Source: Nemertoderma westbladi
Taxonomy: Eukaryota > Animalia > Xenacoelomorpha
Length of the DNA: 64,000 bases
NCBI GenBank assembly: GCA_032718475.1
Contig: JAUCBJ010006611.1
Span: forward strand, 2,669 to 66,668
Reading direction: 5' to 3'
The notes under the pieces are model-generated. The model ran no database searches. It was not told the origin of the DNA and saw only the letters and a list, made by a program, of their open reading frames with translations. Made by a program: the position numbers and the translations under genes. Within the stretch, counting starts at the first letter, position 1. Each line of letters begins with the position of its first letter. Shown one piece after another: positions 26,615 through 39,511 of the stretch.

Positions 26615-29600
26615 AGCCCAATTCATATGATAAGGCCCTATCGATAGAAGAAGAAAGAGCCAAGCAAATCCAGGAAACAACTACACGTTTTTTAAAGGAC
26701 CAAGGTAGATATGAAATCGGCCTACCATTTCGAAAACGAGAACCTAGATTTATAAATAACAGACCCTTGGCAGAGAAAAGAATCGCTCAATTGCATCGAT
26801 GCCTTACGGCTAATGCTTCAGCTAAAGAAATGTACCAAACTCAGCTGAAGAAATTTATAACAAAGGGATACGCGGAGCGAGTACCGGAAGGAACACCAGT
26901 AACTGAGAGAACGTATTACTTAACACATCATTACGTTCCCAAACCCGGTAAACCCCATGAAGTACGAGTCGTATTCGATGGCTCTGCTCTATATATGGGC
27001 CAATCCCTCAATTCCGAGTTGTTACCAGGACCCAACTTACTCCAATCTTTGTTGGGAATACTTTTGAGATTAAGACAATATTCCATCGCGTTTGCCTCCG
27101 ATATAGAAGGAATGTTCTTACAAGTCAAGGCGCTGGATAGAGATAGAGACAGTCTGAGATTTCTGTGGTGGCCTGAAGGAGACCTCAACCATAAACCAGT
27201 AGAGTACTGGATGACCATCCAGGCTTTTGGGATCATATCTAGCCCTTCCAACGCCTGCTCCGTGGTGCGAACCACTGCGAATGACAACCGAGACGCCTTC
27301 TCCAAAGAGGTGATAGACAACATCAAACGTAATATATACATGGACGACAATTTAAGGTCCCTTCCATCAGTAGAAGAAGCCATAGATGTCGCGAAAGGAA
27401 CGGTTGAGTGTTTGAAAAGAGGTGGATTTCGACTGACGAAATTCACTAGCAACTCCCGTGAGTTTCTGGAAGCGATACCGGTAGAAGACCGAGGAACGAA
27501 AGACCTAGACTTAATAAAGGACGATCTTCCAGAAACCAAGACGCTTGGCTTGAAGTGGGACACTGAAAGAGACATCCTGTTTTTTCAGTTAAAACAGCGA
27601 GATAATCCAGTTCGGACCAAACGGATTTGTTTAAGTATCCTGAGCACTTATTTCGACCCATTGGGATTTATTAGCCCAGTTATATTGATTGCTCGGAGTT
27701 TAGTACAACAAATGTGGCTTGAAAACCACTCATGGGACGATCCGCTTAAGGGAGAACTGTTAAAGAAATGGATGAGATGGGAAGATTCTCTACCTGCCAT
27801 CGAGAACTTTATAATTTCCCGTGCATATTTTGGTCATGTTCTTCCTACGCTTTACTCGTGTTGGAGTATCTAACCAATGAAGTCTGTCAGTTCAGCGTTT
27901 TTGTTACTAACAGGGTAGCTATTATTCTTAGTCGCACAAAGATAGATCAATGGAGACATTGTCCTGGTACGATTAATCCAGCCGATATCGCCTCCAGGGG
28001 AGCAACTCCACAGGAACTGATAGATACTCCAGATTGGTTGGGTGGACCCGACTTCCTGAGCAAGGAAGAAGATGAATGGCCTCCTCACCTTACTACGGCG
28101 GAGATTAGACAAGCCAAGGGAGCGGAGACAATCAAACCTAAAACCCGGGCGAGTAAATCGAAGTTATTTAAACCGACAATCGATCTATCTGTATTACATA
28201 CTTCCGAAAATGATGCTTCGGATCCACAATCCCTCGCCACAAATAAGTCTGTTGTGGAAATTAGAGATAGAGATTGGAAATCTGGAATACCAGACGTCTC
28301 GCAAGGAATCTCACCCCTGCTGCAGAGAGCAATGCATCACTACAGTTCCTGGAATCGGCTCTGTAAAGCCGTCACATATTTAAGGAGATGTTTTCATCAT
28401 CACTACTCCAGGACGAAGACCATTAGTGATACCGCTCCATTGCCATCTGCGCAAGTTCATGTTATTAAAAATTTACCCAAATATAAAACATCCGACAGGT
28501 TTCTAAAGGAGAAAATTAGTCACCAGGAGCATGAAGAAACCAATAAGCAGATACTGAGACTCCTGCAATGCTATGAGGATTCCGAAAAGTATTTCCTGTT
28601 GCTGAGAAATCCGCAGATGCGCTTAAGGGATCGATTCTCTAGTACAATGATAGATGGGTTAATACGTGTTGGAGGAAGGCTCACCAATGCGCCATTATCC
28701 TTTGACACTAAATTCCCCATACTCATTAGAAATCTTGAAATCTTGACAAATCAAGATGATTGTAGATGTTCACAGCAAACTTTATCATGCTGGTAGAGAA
28801 CGAGTTCTTAGCGAAATCCGAACTCGCTATTATTTTTATAAACCCCGTAGAGCTCTGAACCAAGTTCTTAGGGACTGCATACCCTGTAGGAAAGCATTAC
28901 ACAGCGAGAGGCAGAATTACCTAGGGAAAGAGTAAGCTTCTATGAACCACCTTTTACTAATACTGGTGTAGATTTATTTGGCCCTATTGAAGTATATCGT
29001 GCTAGGACTATAGTCAAGAGATGGTGTGTCATCTTCGTGTGCATGACTTGTAGAGCCATCCATCTCGATATGGTGAATGATCTATCTACCAACAGCTTCG
29101 TCTTAAGTTTACGCCGACAGATCGCTCGCTTCGGGACGAGTAATACCATGAGATCGGATAAGGGAACGAACTTCATTGGTGCCAACAACGAAATACAGGC
29201 TTACGTGAAGGACTGGAACCAAAGACAGGTGGACGATCAGCTAAGGATAACAGCGTCTAGCTGGACCTTCAACGCCGCCGACGCCCCTTGGTGGGGAGGA
29301 AGTTGGGAGAGATTAATTAGAAGTGTCAAGACCGCATTTCACTTTATAGTGCCATGCCGCGCGTATCTCACCGACGAACTTTTGCGGACGTTAATGGAGG
29401 AAATAGCTGCCTATCTCAACGAGAGACCGCTTATGCCTGGAATTTCCGATTCCCTGGAAGCGCTAACACCCGCGCACTTCCTACTGAAGAAACCTGTAGC
29501 CATGCTCCCACGATCGGAGATTGCCGACGGAGACGAATACTGCTGTCGAACTTGGCAACTTATGCAGTTGCTATCCCGTCGCTTCGCTGACCATTTCGAG

Positions 29601-29963
29601 AAACATTATCTGCCCACGCTACAACTTCGAACTAAGTGGTTTGCGCAGCAAGAAAACGTCAGCGCCGGAGATATGGTGCTTATTGTAGATTCAGACCTCC
29701 CACGTAAACGGTGGCAGACAGGTCGTATCATCGAGACCCACATCTCGGATGATGGTTTAGTACGCTCGGTAGAACTCGTCGTCTTGCGGCGTAACTTCAA
29801 GAAGCCAGGTATAATCTTTGAGACGCAACAACTCAACCGCCCAGTTGGTCGTTTATGTCTACTGGAAAGAGACAGAGAACTCTCCGGAAACTATGGAAGG
29901 CAAGACACTCTTCCCACGACCACCTCCCTAATTCCTCAAACATCTAGGGACTCCCCAACGTGA
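26611..29963 (+). pseudogene. Bel/Pao RT-RNase H-integrase, frameshifted, part of RNase H apparently deleted
   Basis: RVVFDGSA, SDIEGMF, YMDD, FDPLG, WRHCPGTINPAD, RVGGRL, HAG..C..C, GVDLFGP, SDKGTNF, GGSWERLI, RPVGRLCLLE, spread over several frames. Confidence 0.92.
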
Positions 29964-31582
29964 TACGTCTGGAGTGGGTGTATGACTATATTATTTTATC
30001 TATTTTATTATATTTTATATGTGAACATTATTATGTACTTTATTATAATCGTTTTTATTTAATTTTATTTAGTAGAAGGTTATTTTAGATTATTTGGTAG
30101 ATTAGTGCAATAAATTAGTGTTTATTACGTAATTACATATATATAATATATATTTAGTGTGACGGCGAGAAAAATTTTTTCTCTTTCCTTACTGTCCGTA
30201 TCATATTATAAATACGTGACTACAGTAAGATGAAATGTCCGTACTTATTAAAGTACAATAAAGCCCCTACTATATTTAAGTATTATTGGTAGGCAGAGTA
30301 TTAGGAATGCAAAGTTCAGATCCTCGTGTCTCGGCTAAACCAAGCTCTGGGTAGACCTTGGAAACGACTTGCCTCTTCACACTGACATTGCTTCGTGCGA
30401 TATTGCTCTTCTACCTTATATTAAATAATACATATAGTAGCGTGATGTCCCTCTAACAGTAGCGTAAAACGCAAATAAATCTGTTAAACCTTTTGACCAT
30501 CTGTAATTCTAGTCGATTAAGATATCGCGGCACCCACCGATATACTTGAAAGACAAATTCTAGAATCAGTGGTTAACGTCCCCAGACAAGTTCTGGAATA
30601 AATCGGTGCCCATCTTAAATATTAATTTAATATTTATTAAAATCTGTAAAATTCAGATCCTTTAAATTTCTAGTCAATTAAGATATCGCAGCACTTACCG
30701 ATACTCTTAAAAGACAATTTTCATAGAATTAAGGATCCTATGTCCCCAGACCTGCTCTGGAATCAAATTGTGTCAATTTTAACATCAAATAATAAAATTC
30801 ACGGGAATAAATTTAAATTCATATTTTAAATGAATTTCATAAATTGTCGTTTTGTGCAATTTATAACATTCCCAAAATTCCATTAATTAATAGATCATGG
30901 GAGCGGAGATTCATCCTATTGAGTGTATTAGAGTGCGAGAATCTCCAACATATAGTCAATAGCCGATAAAATTAATAAAATCATGCATAAAGAGGATATT
31001 GACAATTAAAGAATTACTATTAAATAGCATTCCAGATCTGTATGCATGAGAATTACCCTAATTCTACCGCTAGCATTCCATAATGTCACCATAGCAACAC
31101 CCACGCTAAAATTAGAAGCAAGTTAAGAGAATAATAGAAAGCTTGTCACATTGCATAGCATAGAGAATACATAGCACACTGTTAGTATCCAAGGATACAC
31201 AGTAACAACGTGACATTCTGGAAGGCACTGACTAACGGACAAATGGCCTGTATGTGTACAATTGGTGACAGTTGTGTGGAATTTGTGCGTTTATAGGTGA
31301 ATGTTACTGCTAAAGTATGTTTACAGTAGCTAGTCGCAATTGTAAAAGTAGCCCAACTCTCCTATAGAAAGAACCTAAGTGGATCCAAGCCTTTGGGACG
31401 GACAGTGGAGTGACTTGTGCCGGTTATCGTTGTCGTGCTGTTGCTACATGTTGGCGTAAACACCGCGACGATGGTACATCGGCGCTGAGAATCCCACTGT
31501 CCGGGGGCAAAGAGAAGTAGGCAGCGACGCCCGCTCGCCTAAATATAAACTCATTTGATATTAATAAACTCAGATAGCAGAT

Positions 31583-34500
31583 ATGACGGAGTTGATAGAA
31601 GATGATCTTGGCATTAGGGAGCGATATACTCTACCTTTGCAAGCATTTGTGGATAGCTTAATGCGTGGTGAAGCCGATCCAACCATTATGGAGGACGATG
31701 GTCGTTATATCGAACCGCCGATGTCCTAAGAGCAACTTGCGCGTGAATTGGATTATCGAAAATTCACCACTCGCTATACGAATCGTAATGGTACGTATAT
31801 GGACTTCTTAACTACCGGCCATCCTATCGATTTACATGATACGGACGATGTAGATACAGAGAGGGAAATGGTTCTGTTTAAATATCATACCCAGCGGAGT
31901 CGTAACGATAAACCGAGAATAGATCACGAAAATTCTATTCGTAATAGACTAGAAAGAGAAAACATTGAAGAACCGGATAAATGCATCGACTTCAACGAAT
32001 ACCTAGAATTTTTTAGAGAAACCTATCTCAACATCGCCAGTCAGCAGAACCTAGAGACTCGATATCCTCAAGGTATACATCATGACCCTGTGGTAGAACT
32101 CAAACGGCTCTATTTCACTATGATGTATCTTACCGCCGATCGTCCACTACCTGTTATCCCGGATAGTTTTGAACAAATGGAAGAATACTGCAAAACTGGA
32201 GAACGATCACCCGCGTTTCCTCTGCAGGACGTACGTCTTTGGTATTATTGTGACGAATGCCCTAGACCCAACCAACAAACTGAAAGACACAAACATCCGC
32301 GGAGACGTTGCGCTAAACACAGCTTTACGCGTTATACTTACGGGAGTTTCGAGCGAAACCTGTTCGACGTATCACCTACGATCGCTCGTCTTAAACGATC
32401 ACTGAATAAACCCATGATCAGAGTTCCGGAATACTCGGTCAGGCCTCCTCATTCCCTAGTGAGACCTCAAACTCTTGATCCTAACAGTATCACTGATCCT
32501 CCCGAACTATATTCCCTGTTCAAAGACTTAGTGTTACCCGAACAATTAATCGGTGGTGCTCCGGTAGTGGGTTCGTTAGACATTCGCCCATCCTACTTAG
32601 CCGGATTGGGACGCGGGCAGCTAATATCGCCCTTTGATCCTTACAATCGTCCAGGATTAAACCCGATGCAACCCGCCACGGAAGTCGAGGAGAGCGTTAT
32701 AAGAAACGCTTTAGACGCTATTCGACAGAAGATCGGAAAGGGAACACAAGATTGTTTAGAGAAACGTAAATTACAACAACAAGTTCAATCGGTGAAGGAG
32801 TTAGCCTTGCCACAGTTCGATAGAGAAATCCAAAACCTCGAGGAAGACATCGAGCTTGGACGCACGTATTCTCTACAAGAATTTTTAGATGAACGCTTAC
32901 AGAGACAAGCGGAAGAAAATCTACTCGAGGAGAAACACACGAAACTGGAAGAGAGAGAAGAAGCCGCTTTAGCCCAACCTGAAGCTCAAATCCTTATGAC
33001 GGACCTCTACTCTCGAACCATTCGTCATCCCTCGATGATTCCACATTTCGGAGACAAACTCTTCGCGACGATACAACCTCAACCGGTTGATATCAGTACA
33101 GGATCGCAAAATCTTATCGCTGACGCCCCTATGTTACAGCGTCCGCCAATCGAGGCCGCTCGTGTTGACGGTATACTCGTTGAACCTCCGGACAATCGAG
33201 CGGATCTTGTCCGTCGTATGGTACACGATGTCAACATACGCGCTAGACCTTTACAGAACTCGTTTTATGGGATTAAAGACCACCCTTATTACGTTAATCT
33301 GACTCAATATTATATGGTAAAACCAGAAGACCCGACGCATAATTTAAAGTTTCTACCACTAATAAATCCTCTAGACATTGTCGAACTCGAACAATTGCAG
33401 AAACATCTGGATCAGTTAGTAAAAGTAAACTCATTTAGAAAACCATATAACATTTCTAGAATCGAGAAAGATATAGAACCCCCTTATAATCTCGATGGAT
33501 TTATTAAAACTCGATTAGTCCATTGGAATCTAGATGTATTATTTGAAGAAGAGAAAATACAAAGATACGGAAATTTGGAGACGTATACCACTCGGCACAT
33601 GAAGTATAGTGATCTCCCTGACGCTAACCAATGCGCCACCTTGTGGCATCCAGTAGGGATGACCCTAGAGAACGCCACCAAGGAGTGGAATGAAACTCTT
33701 AATGTTATTGAGATGTATGGAGTTGTCACCTACGATAATGAAGGTAGCGTTCCGGTCGGAGAACTAGGAACTACGCGCATGATCCACATACGCGGATTAG
33801 CTGGTTCTACCCATGTGTTTACTCGAGCGTGTTCCGACGTGATTGATTATTCCTTTGAAACTCTCACTGAAACACAAAAGAATCTCCGACATGGACAATT
33901 CGAACTCGCGCAGCGTTACGTCATTGACACCGAACGCAAACCGGCCATGGGTATCGATGGAGCGATGTTACCCCAGCCCGTACTCGAGATGTTGTTCAAC
34001 GAAAGAATCCTTAAAATCGGCTCAGCTGTTTATGGAGATCTCCAAAACGACTTTCGGAATATGGAGAACATTCCATACCCTTTCGTTGATACTCAGCTGA
34101 TTGCTCCCTGGGCAGAAGGTCGAGGTTTCTTCCGCACCATGTATGCTAATACGTCTAGCAACATTACAAAGGTGCAACGAACTTCCATCGGACATCTTGC
34201 CTTTCAGGAATACGGATGGAATTTCAAAGTCGGAAATCCCATTAACTATCAACAAGTATACGGAGACCATTATTCTCGATTATACTTTGATGGACCATTG
34301 ACCGCACCTGGCGCCGTGTATAGCTTCATGAGTGTTCCACTCCGTCCCTCCTTAGCTATATACACGATCTTTGAAAACACCGCACTTGCCGGTTGGCTAG
34401 CCGATGTGTGCAGTCGTACTATACGCGCCCATCCATTAATACTTGGGACCAAACTCGCTAAGCTAGATGAACATAATAAATTCATCCGCTTCGAATGTTT

Positions 34501-35836
34501 CCGGCGATTTTTAACCCCGTTCCGCAATGTGGATAGCCAATTTAAAGACCGCGCTTTGACCAAGCTCAGCCTAAGAAACTCAGCTGCAGAGAAGTTGGAT
34601 AGCGCTGGATTCGCCATTTTCCAAGAGATTTGTATATCGAACTTGCACTCCTCTGTTATACAAAGACCTCGAATCCCCACAGGTTATTCTGTCGTGGAAA
34701 TTCAGACAATAGGTCCACCTGAAGAGACAGACACGCCCACCTCAGCTATGCACTTAGAAGACGAACCAATATGTCTAGAATCTGAGGAGATTCAGCCTAT
34801 CGCGCCCCGGAACAGCGACAACGATTACATCATAGAATGGTATCAAGGTCCACAGTGTCTCACTGCGTATGATTATCGACATGTCAACTATGTTTCTAGG
34901 CAACGTTGTCGGTTATGCGCATCGAGAGACCATGATACACCCATGGACACAAACCTCCGCTGTTCCTATTTCCAAGAACAACCGACTATGGAAATTTATT
35001 GCGCATATTGCAGACTCAATAACTTGCATATTTTTGCGGTTTGCCCTCAATTTATGACTCAATGTCACCATTGTCAACAAAAGGGACACGCCAGTTTCGA
35101 TTGCCCTTTTAATCACGATTTGGAAAGCGTAGATGAAATGATCACACTATGTTACATCAGAGCTTGGGAAGCGAACGCTGATTTACATTGTGATTCGCGC
35201 CATCGCTATTATCCCGGACGCGCTTACGAAGGAGTTTATGCATTCCATCCTTATCTATTCGCTTCGGTCGAACAGAAATCACGCATATCGAGTTACGAGC
35301 TACTGAAGAGCGTCGGAGAATGTATTTCAACCAAATTTGTACGCAAATTTCTCAGGAGTGTTAATCCTAGCGACCTTCATTCCTATAACTTAATCAATTA
35401 CATCCGTCAGGATCCGGACTATGGAGACTTATTTGTTAACTCACACCCCGAGTTACAGGAAGTATATCGACGGCCTTACGAATACCGAGCCCGCGAACGC
35501 GAGTTGGAAAGAACTATTAAACCCCGGAGGTTTCTAACTGCCTATGGTCCATCCACGGCCCTCGTTCAGACCACTCGTAAAGGACCCGTAAGAGCGGCTG
35601 TCTTAAAACGAACTCTCAAAGCCATTAGACCCCTCTCCCCCGACGTTGATGTCAATCAACCCGGTACTTCGACTGGCGGATACACCGACCATAATCCTAC
35701 ACCCTCTGATGCAATCATATTGCACCCTTCACCCAGGAGTTATAGCCCTCCTTGTAAAGTGGCTCGCCCCAAAGAGAAAAGGACTCTGGCTAGCTTTAAA
35801 AAACTGCGTAAATGCTGTCCGCGCAAGAAAGACTAA
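31583..35836 (+). CDS. Extra ORF of the Bel/Pao element: coiled coil + DEDDy/WRN-like 3'-5' exonuclease-like domain + three zinc knuckles (one in-frame stop at 31727)
   Basis: ATG 31583 is in frame with the 1362-codon ORF; VVTYDNEG, LPQPVLEMLFNERILKIGSAVYGDL, FVDTQLIA, SIGHLA...FK, YTIFE; C-terminal CX2CX4HX4C. Confidence 0.75.
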
Positions 35837-35906
35837 CTGTTTAGAGTATTTACATATATTAGAAACTGTGATTTTTGTATATTTATAAACTTGAATCCCA
35901 TTTTCT

Positions 35907-35914
35907 GGGAGCGG
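35907..35914 (+). other. Polypurine-tract-like sequence
   Basis: GGGAGCGG immediately before the TG of the 3' LTR. Confidence 0.65.
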
Positions 35915-37107
35915 TGTAAAAGCTTTTGCGGATATACTCAGTCCCCCTCGCCCGCAAGGTACCGTTATAGGTGTTTTAACGGACATAAAAGTCATTCTTC
36001 TATATACGTGCTTTGGCGGACATGGTAAGGCAAAAAACCCGCAATGCACCAAATACCCTGGCACAGCTTAGCCTTGATGATTCAGATTACGACATCTAAC
36101 AGCTGGTTGCTGACATGGAAACGGCCATTGGACACATGGTTCTTTGTTTAGCTTAACAGCCAATAAGAGCGATTTTTTCTGTCGATGTGGAGATATTTTG
36201 GCAGATCATGCTAGGAGTGTTCAGTCTTACTTTTTTTTCTTGATACTGTTGTGTTGTTTCTATCTAGGCCAGGAACACCGGTTCTAGAGTCAATTCGTTT
36301 CAGACTTTAGAAGAAACATTAGTAGGCTTAAGATTATAGAGCGTATAACTGTTAACATAACAACTCGGCTCAATCGGCACATACATTGTCATATCATATC
36401 TTAACCTACCGTCTTAATGCTTTTACTGTTGTTATTATTTTGTATCAGTTGGTTGAATATTATTTGGAGAACATCTATAAAGAACCCAAATTTCCCAATT
36501 TTCTTGATACACTACAGGTTAGAGAGACAGGTTACATATAGCGATTGCGACTTATATTATTGTGGTTTGTAGTGAATTTAATGCTATTTGATAAGCACTA
36601 CATGAGTCAGTTGCTGTTCTCTTAATATATGATAAAATTCATTGACGGTCGGCAAATTAGTGAGCAGTATTGTGTGTTACCGGTAGTGTGCATGATTGTG
36701 ACTGATAACTAAGCATTTCCTAAAGAATGCGCCTCATACGTGAATCATAAGCCTTACCGACTTACCGTTGTGATTAGTATAAGTAATATCTCTATTTACC
36801 TAGATAGAGCGCCACGTCCTAAAGGAACTGTTAATATTTCCCGAAAGTGAATAATATTGGTCAGAAATTATTTATTAACGATCAATCGAATAATACAGTA
36901 AGCTTACACTGCAATAATAATCTAAGCCCTCAGAATCCAGTCTCCTGGGTATATCCAGCGGGTGAATGGACGCGCACTAGGCTGGCTTCTGCTAATGTTG
37001 TGTTTATTGGTATTAAATATTTGTCAATTTCTAAAGTCTATTTATAAACCAAAAGACATATAAATTTTGGCAGGTTAAACTGCTAAAGGTCTTCAAAAGC
37101 GCGTACA
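35915..37107 (+). repeat. 3' LTR (1193 bp)
   Basis: Direct repeat of 18743-19935. Confidence 0.96.
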
Positions 37108-37484
37108 AAAATTGATATTTTTCCGCAAACCCTTTCAAAAGAAAACGCTGCTAAAAACAACTGAAATTGTGAAAATGTTGCGAAGGAAATATAAAGTATT
37201 TTCGTTGGATGACTGCGTGCAAATACTGAAATAACTTGCAAATACTGCAAGTACTAAGTACTTTAATAATAAGTACTTTGCAAAAATAGTTTTTATCAAC
37301 AACATCACGTAACATTACTAAACGGAATATTATGCTATGTCTATAAAACCTTTGCTATAAAAAGTGTAATGGTTTTGGTAGAATTTCTCACGCTTTAATT
37401 TTTAATATATTAAAGGAACCATTATCACAAATCTATTTATTTTATTTATAAAGTTACTATTCTGAAACTTTAACACAATGATCG

Positions 37485-37700
37485 GCGCAGTGGCGGTACG
37501 GCTAATGTCGCGTTACGGAAAGTCACGTTACGGCTAATTTTCTGAGTAGCCGTAACGCGACTTTGAAAGTCGCGGTACTGCTACTCAAAAAGTCGCGTTA
37601 CGGTAATCTATTGTCTTGGTTTTACATAGGGAATCATTATCAATATTATTCTATGGTGTTTATGTTTAAGTACATGAGATGAGAAAGGTTCGAAAAATGG
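37485..37700 (+). repeat. Dispersed repeat with GTCGCGTTACGG palindromic subunits; inverted copy at 62910-63110
   Basis: aatctattgtcttggttttacatagggaatcatt... matches the reverse complement of 62910-63000. Confidence 0.7.
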
Positions 37701-38850
37701 TATATTAAATGTTATTAAATGTTATTATGTTATTAAAATGTTATTGTTATTAATGTTATTAAAATGTGGTAAATGGTATTATTATAATAGGTATATTGGT
37801 CGAGTCGAGTGTTGATCAGTATATTGCCGAAATATTGCACTTTGAATTTATCATTATAATATTCAAATGAAAAGTATCTAAAACTAACCAGTGATGGCCC
37901 GCGTATGGCATTTGGTTCGGTGGTGGAGTGGGTTGGAATGGTTGGCCACGGAGGGGTGGTCGGGGTTGGGTTGGGAAGAAATAGTTCAGCCGCGAAGGGG
38001 TGGTTCACTACACCAACATTCCAGTCGGGATCACCACCCCTTCCCAATGCATCTGGGGCGGTATTCATAAATGTGACTAACTAGGAACTTAGTCCTAGTC
38101 ACATCAAGTTAGTAAGTGCTTGTACTAATTCGGTATTCAGAGAAGTTGGTGCTACTTATTACTAACGTATTTAGTACTAGTTGTTGTTAAACTCGTATTC
38201 ATAGAATTTAGTCTTATTATTAGTTAGCATTAGCTGTAACTTAAATTTCTAGTCACATGAAGATGTGACTAAGTTGGTAAGAAAGCTTACTTATTCTATG
38301 TTGGCCTTCATACATACAGTATGGTTATTATGTTACTGACGACTCCGGCCACATTATACTCTCTCTTGTTTTTCTAGCGTTCTGTGTTCATTGCAAATGT
38401 GTTGTTGCAGAGAAACTGTCAAATGTAACGACGTAAAGCTTTTTGTTTTTAAACATATATCCGACTTAAATTTCCAAATTTCAGCTTACATTCTTGAATG
38501 GTGAGATTGCTCCCGAACGGTCCGCGTCCGTTGAAAAATGTGTTTCGCTAAAGAATTCTACCATTCGCGAACTTTCGCAAGATAAAAAAGTGGTAGCGTT
38601 CCCACTTCATTATTTGTCTCTCTATTACCGAATGTAAATAATGGTATTCGATAATGGTAGCCAATTGATTTATCGCCTTACTAAAAATATTAATTTTTCA
38701 CTAAAATTTTAACAGGAAATCACTAAAATATTCAGTTTCCACTAAAATCTATTAATTAACATGAAATCTATTAATTATAAATTATTGCTAAAATGTGGGC
38801 AAGGGCAGGTTACAGTGCCACGTTATTCTAACCTAAATAATGGGCCTAAA

Positions 38851-39313
38851 CCATGGAGCCCATTTTGGCACTTTGGATAATTGAAGAATTATCAAAAAAG
38901 AAAGACAGGCCTGGCTGTTATCTTTGTTGACTTCTTCAAGGCCTTTGATTCAGTCTCTCGCTCACGTATGTTCAGCATACTTTTATTATATGGGATTCCT
39001 GATGAAATCATTGCAGCAATCAGATCAGTATACGATGGTTCGACAACATTTGTGTCTACTGTTGACGGTGACACAGAACCATTTGAAGTGTTATGGGGCG
39101 TCCTCCAAGGAGACACACTTGCACCATTCTTGTTCATTATTGTGGTTGACTATGTTCTACGCATGTCCTTAGATCATTATAATGATGATGGGGTGATGAT
39201 AACTCCACCTACTGGCTCCAGAAGTCGAGGAAATCATGCCAAGTACCTAACCGATCTAGACTTTGCTGATGACTTAGGAGTACTCTCACAATCATTAGAG
39301 GGAGCCCAACGGC
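38851..39313 (+). pseudogene. RTE-like LINE RT, 5' portion (interrupted by the Polinton)
   Basis: FVDFFKAFDSV, GVLQGDTLAPFLF, LDFADD. Confidence 0.9.
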
Positions 39314-39511
39314 AGTAGTAGAAGAAACATAGACCTCAGCGTACTCCTCCCTAGCTTGGGCTATGGGCTAGATCTCGGAGGGCTATTAAAAATGCCAAAT
39401 TTCGGTGCTAAATTGCAGTGTTTAATGACCATCTGTCACCACCAGTATTGATTCGCGTCGTTGCCTTGCCTTCAACCAATCGTTGCGTATTCACCTACGC
39501 GTAGCCTAACC
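39314..39511 (+). repeat. Polinton left TIR (diverged extension to ~39836)
   Basis: Reverse complement of 58103-58300. Confidence 0.95.

Larger units (their letters stand above)
18743..37107 (+). mobile_element. Full-length Bel/Pao LTR retrotransposon with an extra ORF
   Basis: TG...CA LTRs; 5-bp TSD AAAAT (18738-42 / 37108-12); Pao-type gag-PR-RT-RH-IN order. Confidence 0.96.

Noticed and set aside
23158-27661. Antisense ORFs over gag-pol (and similar ones over RhoGAP, NUDT9 and pPolB)
   Set aside because: Shadow frames of real coding sequence.
31583-35836. env gene
   Set aside because: No signal peptide, TM anchor or fusion-protein pattern seen.
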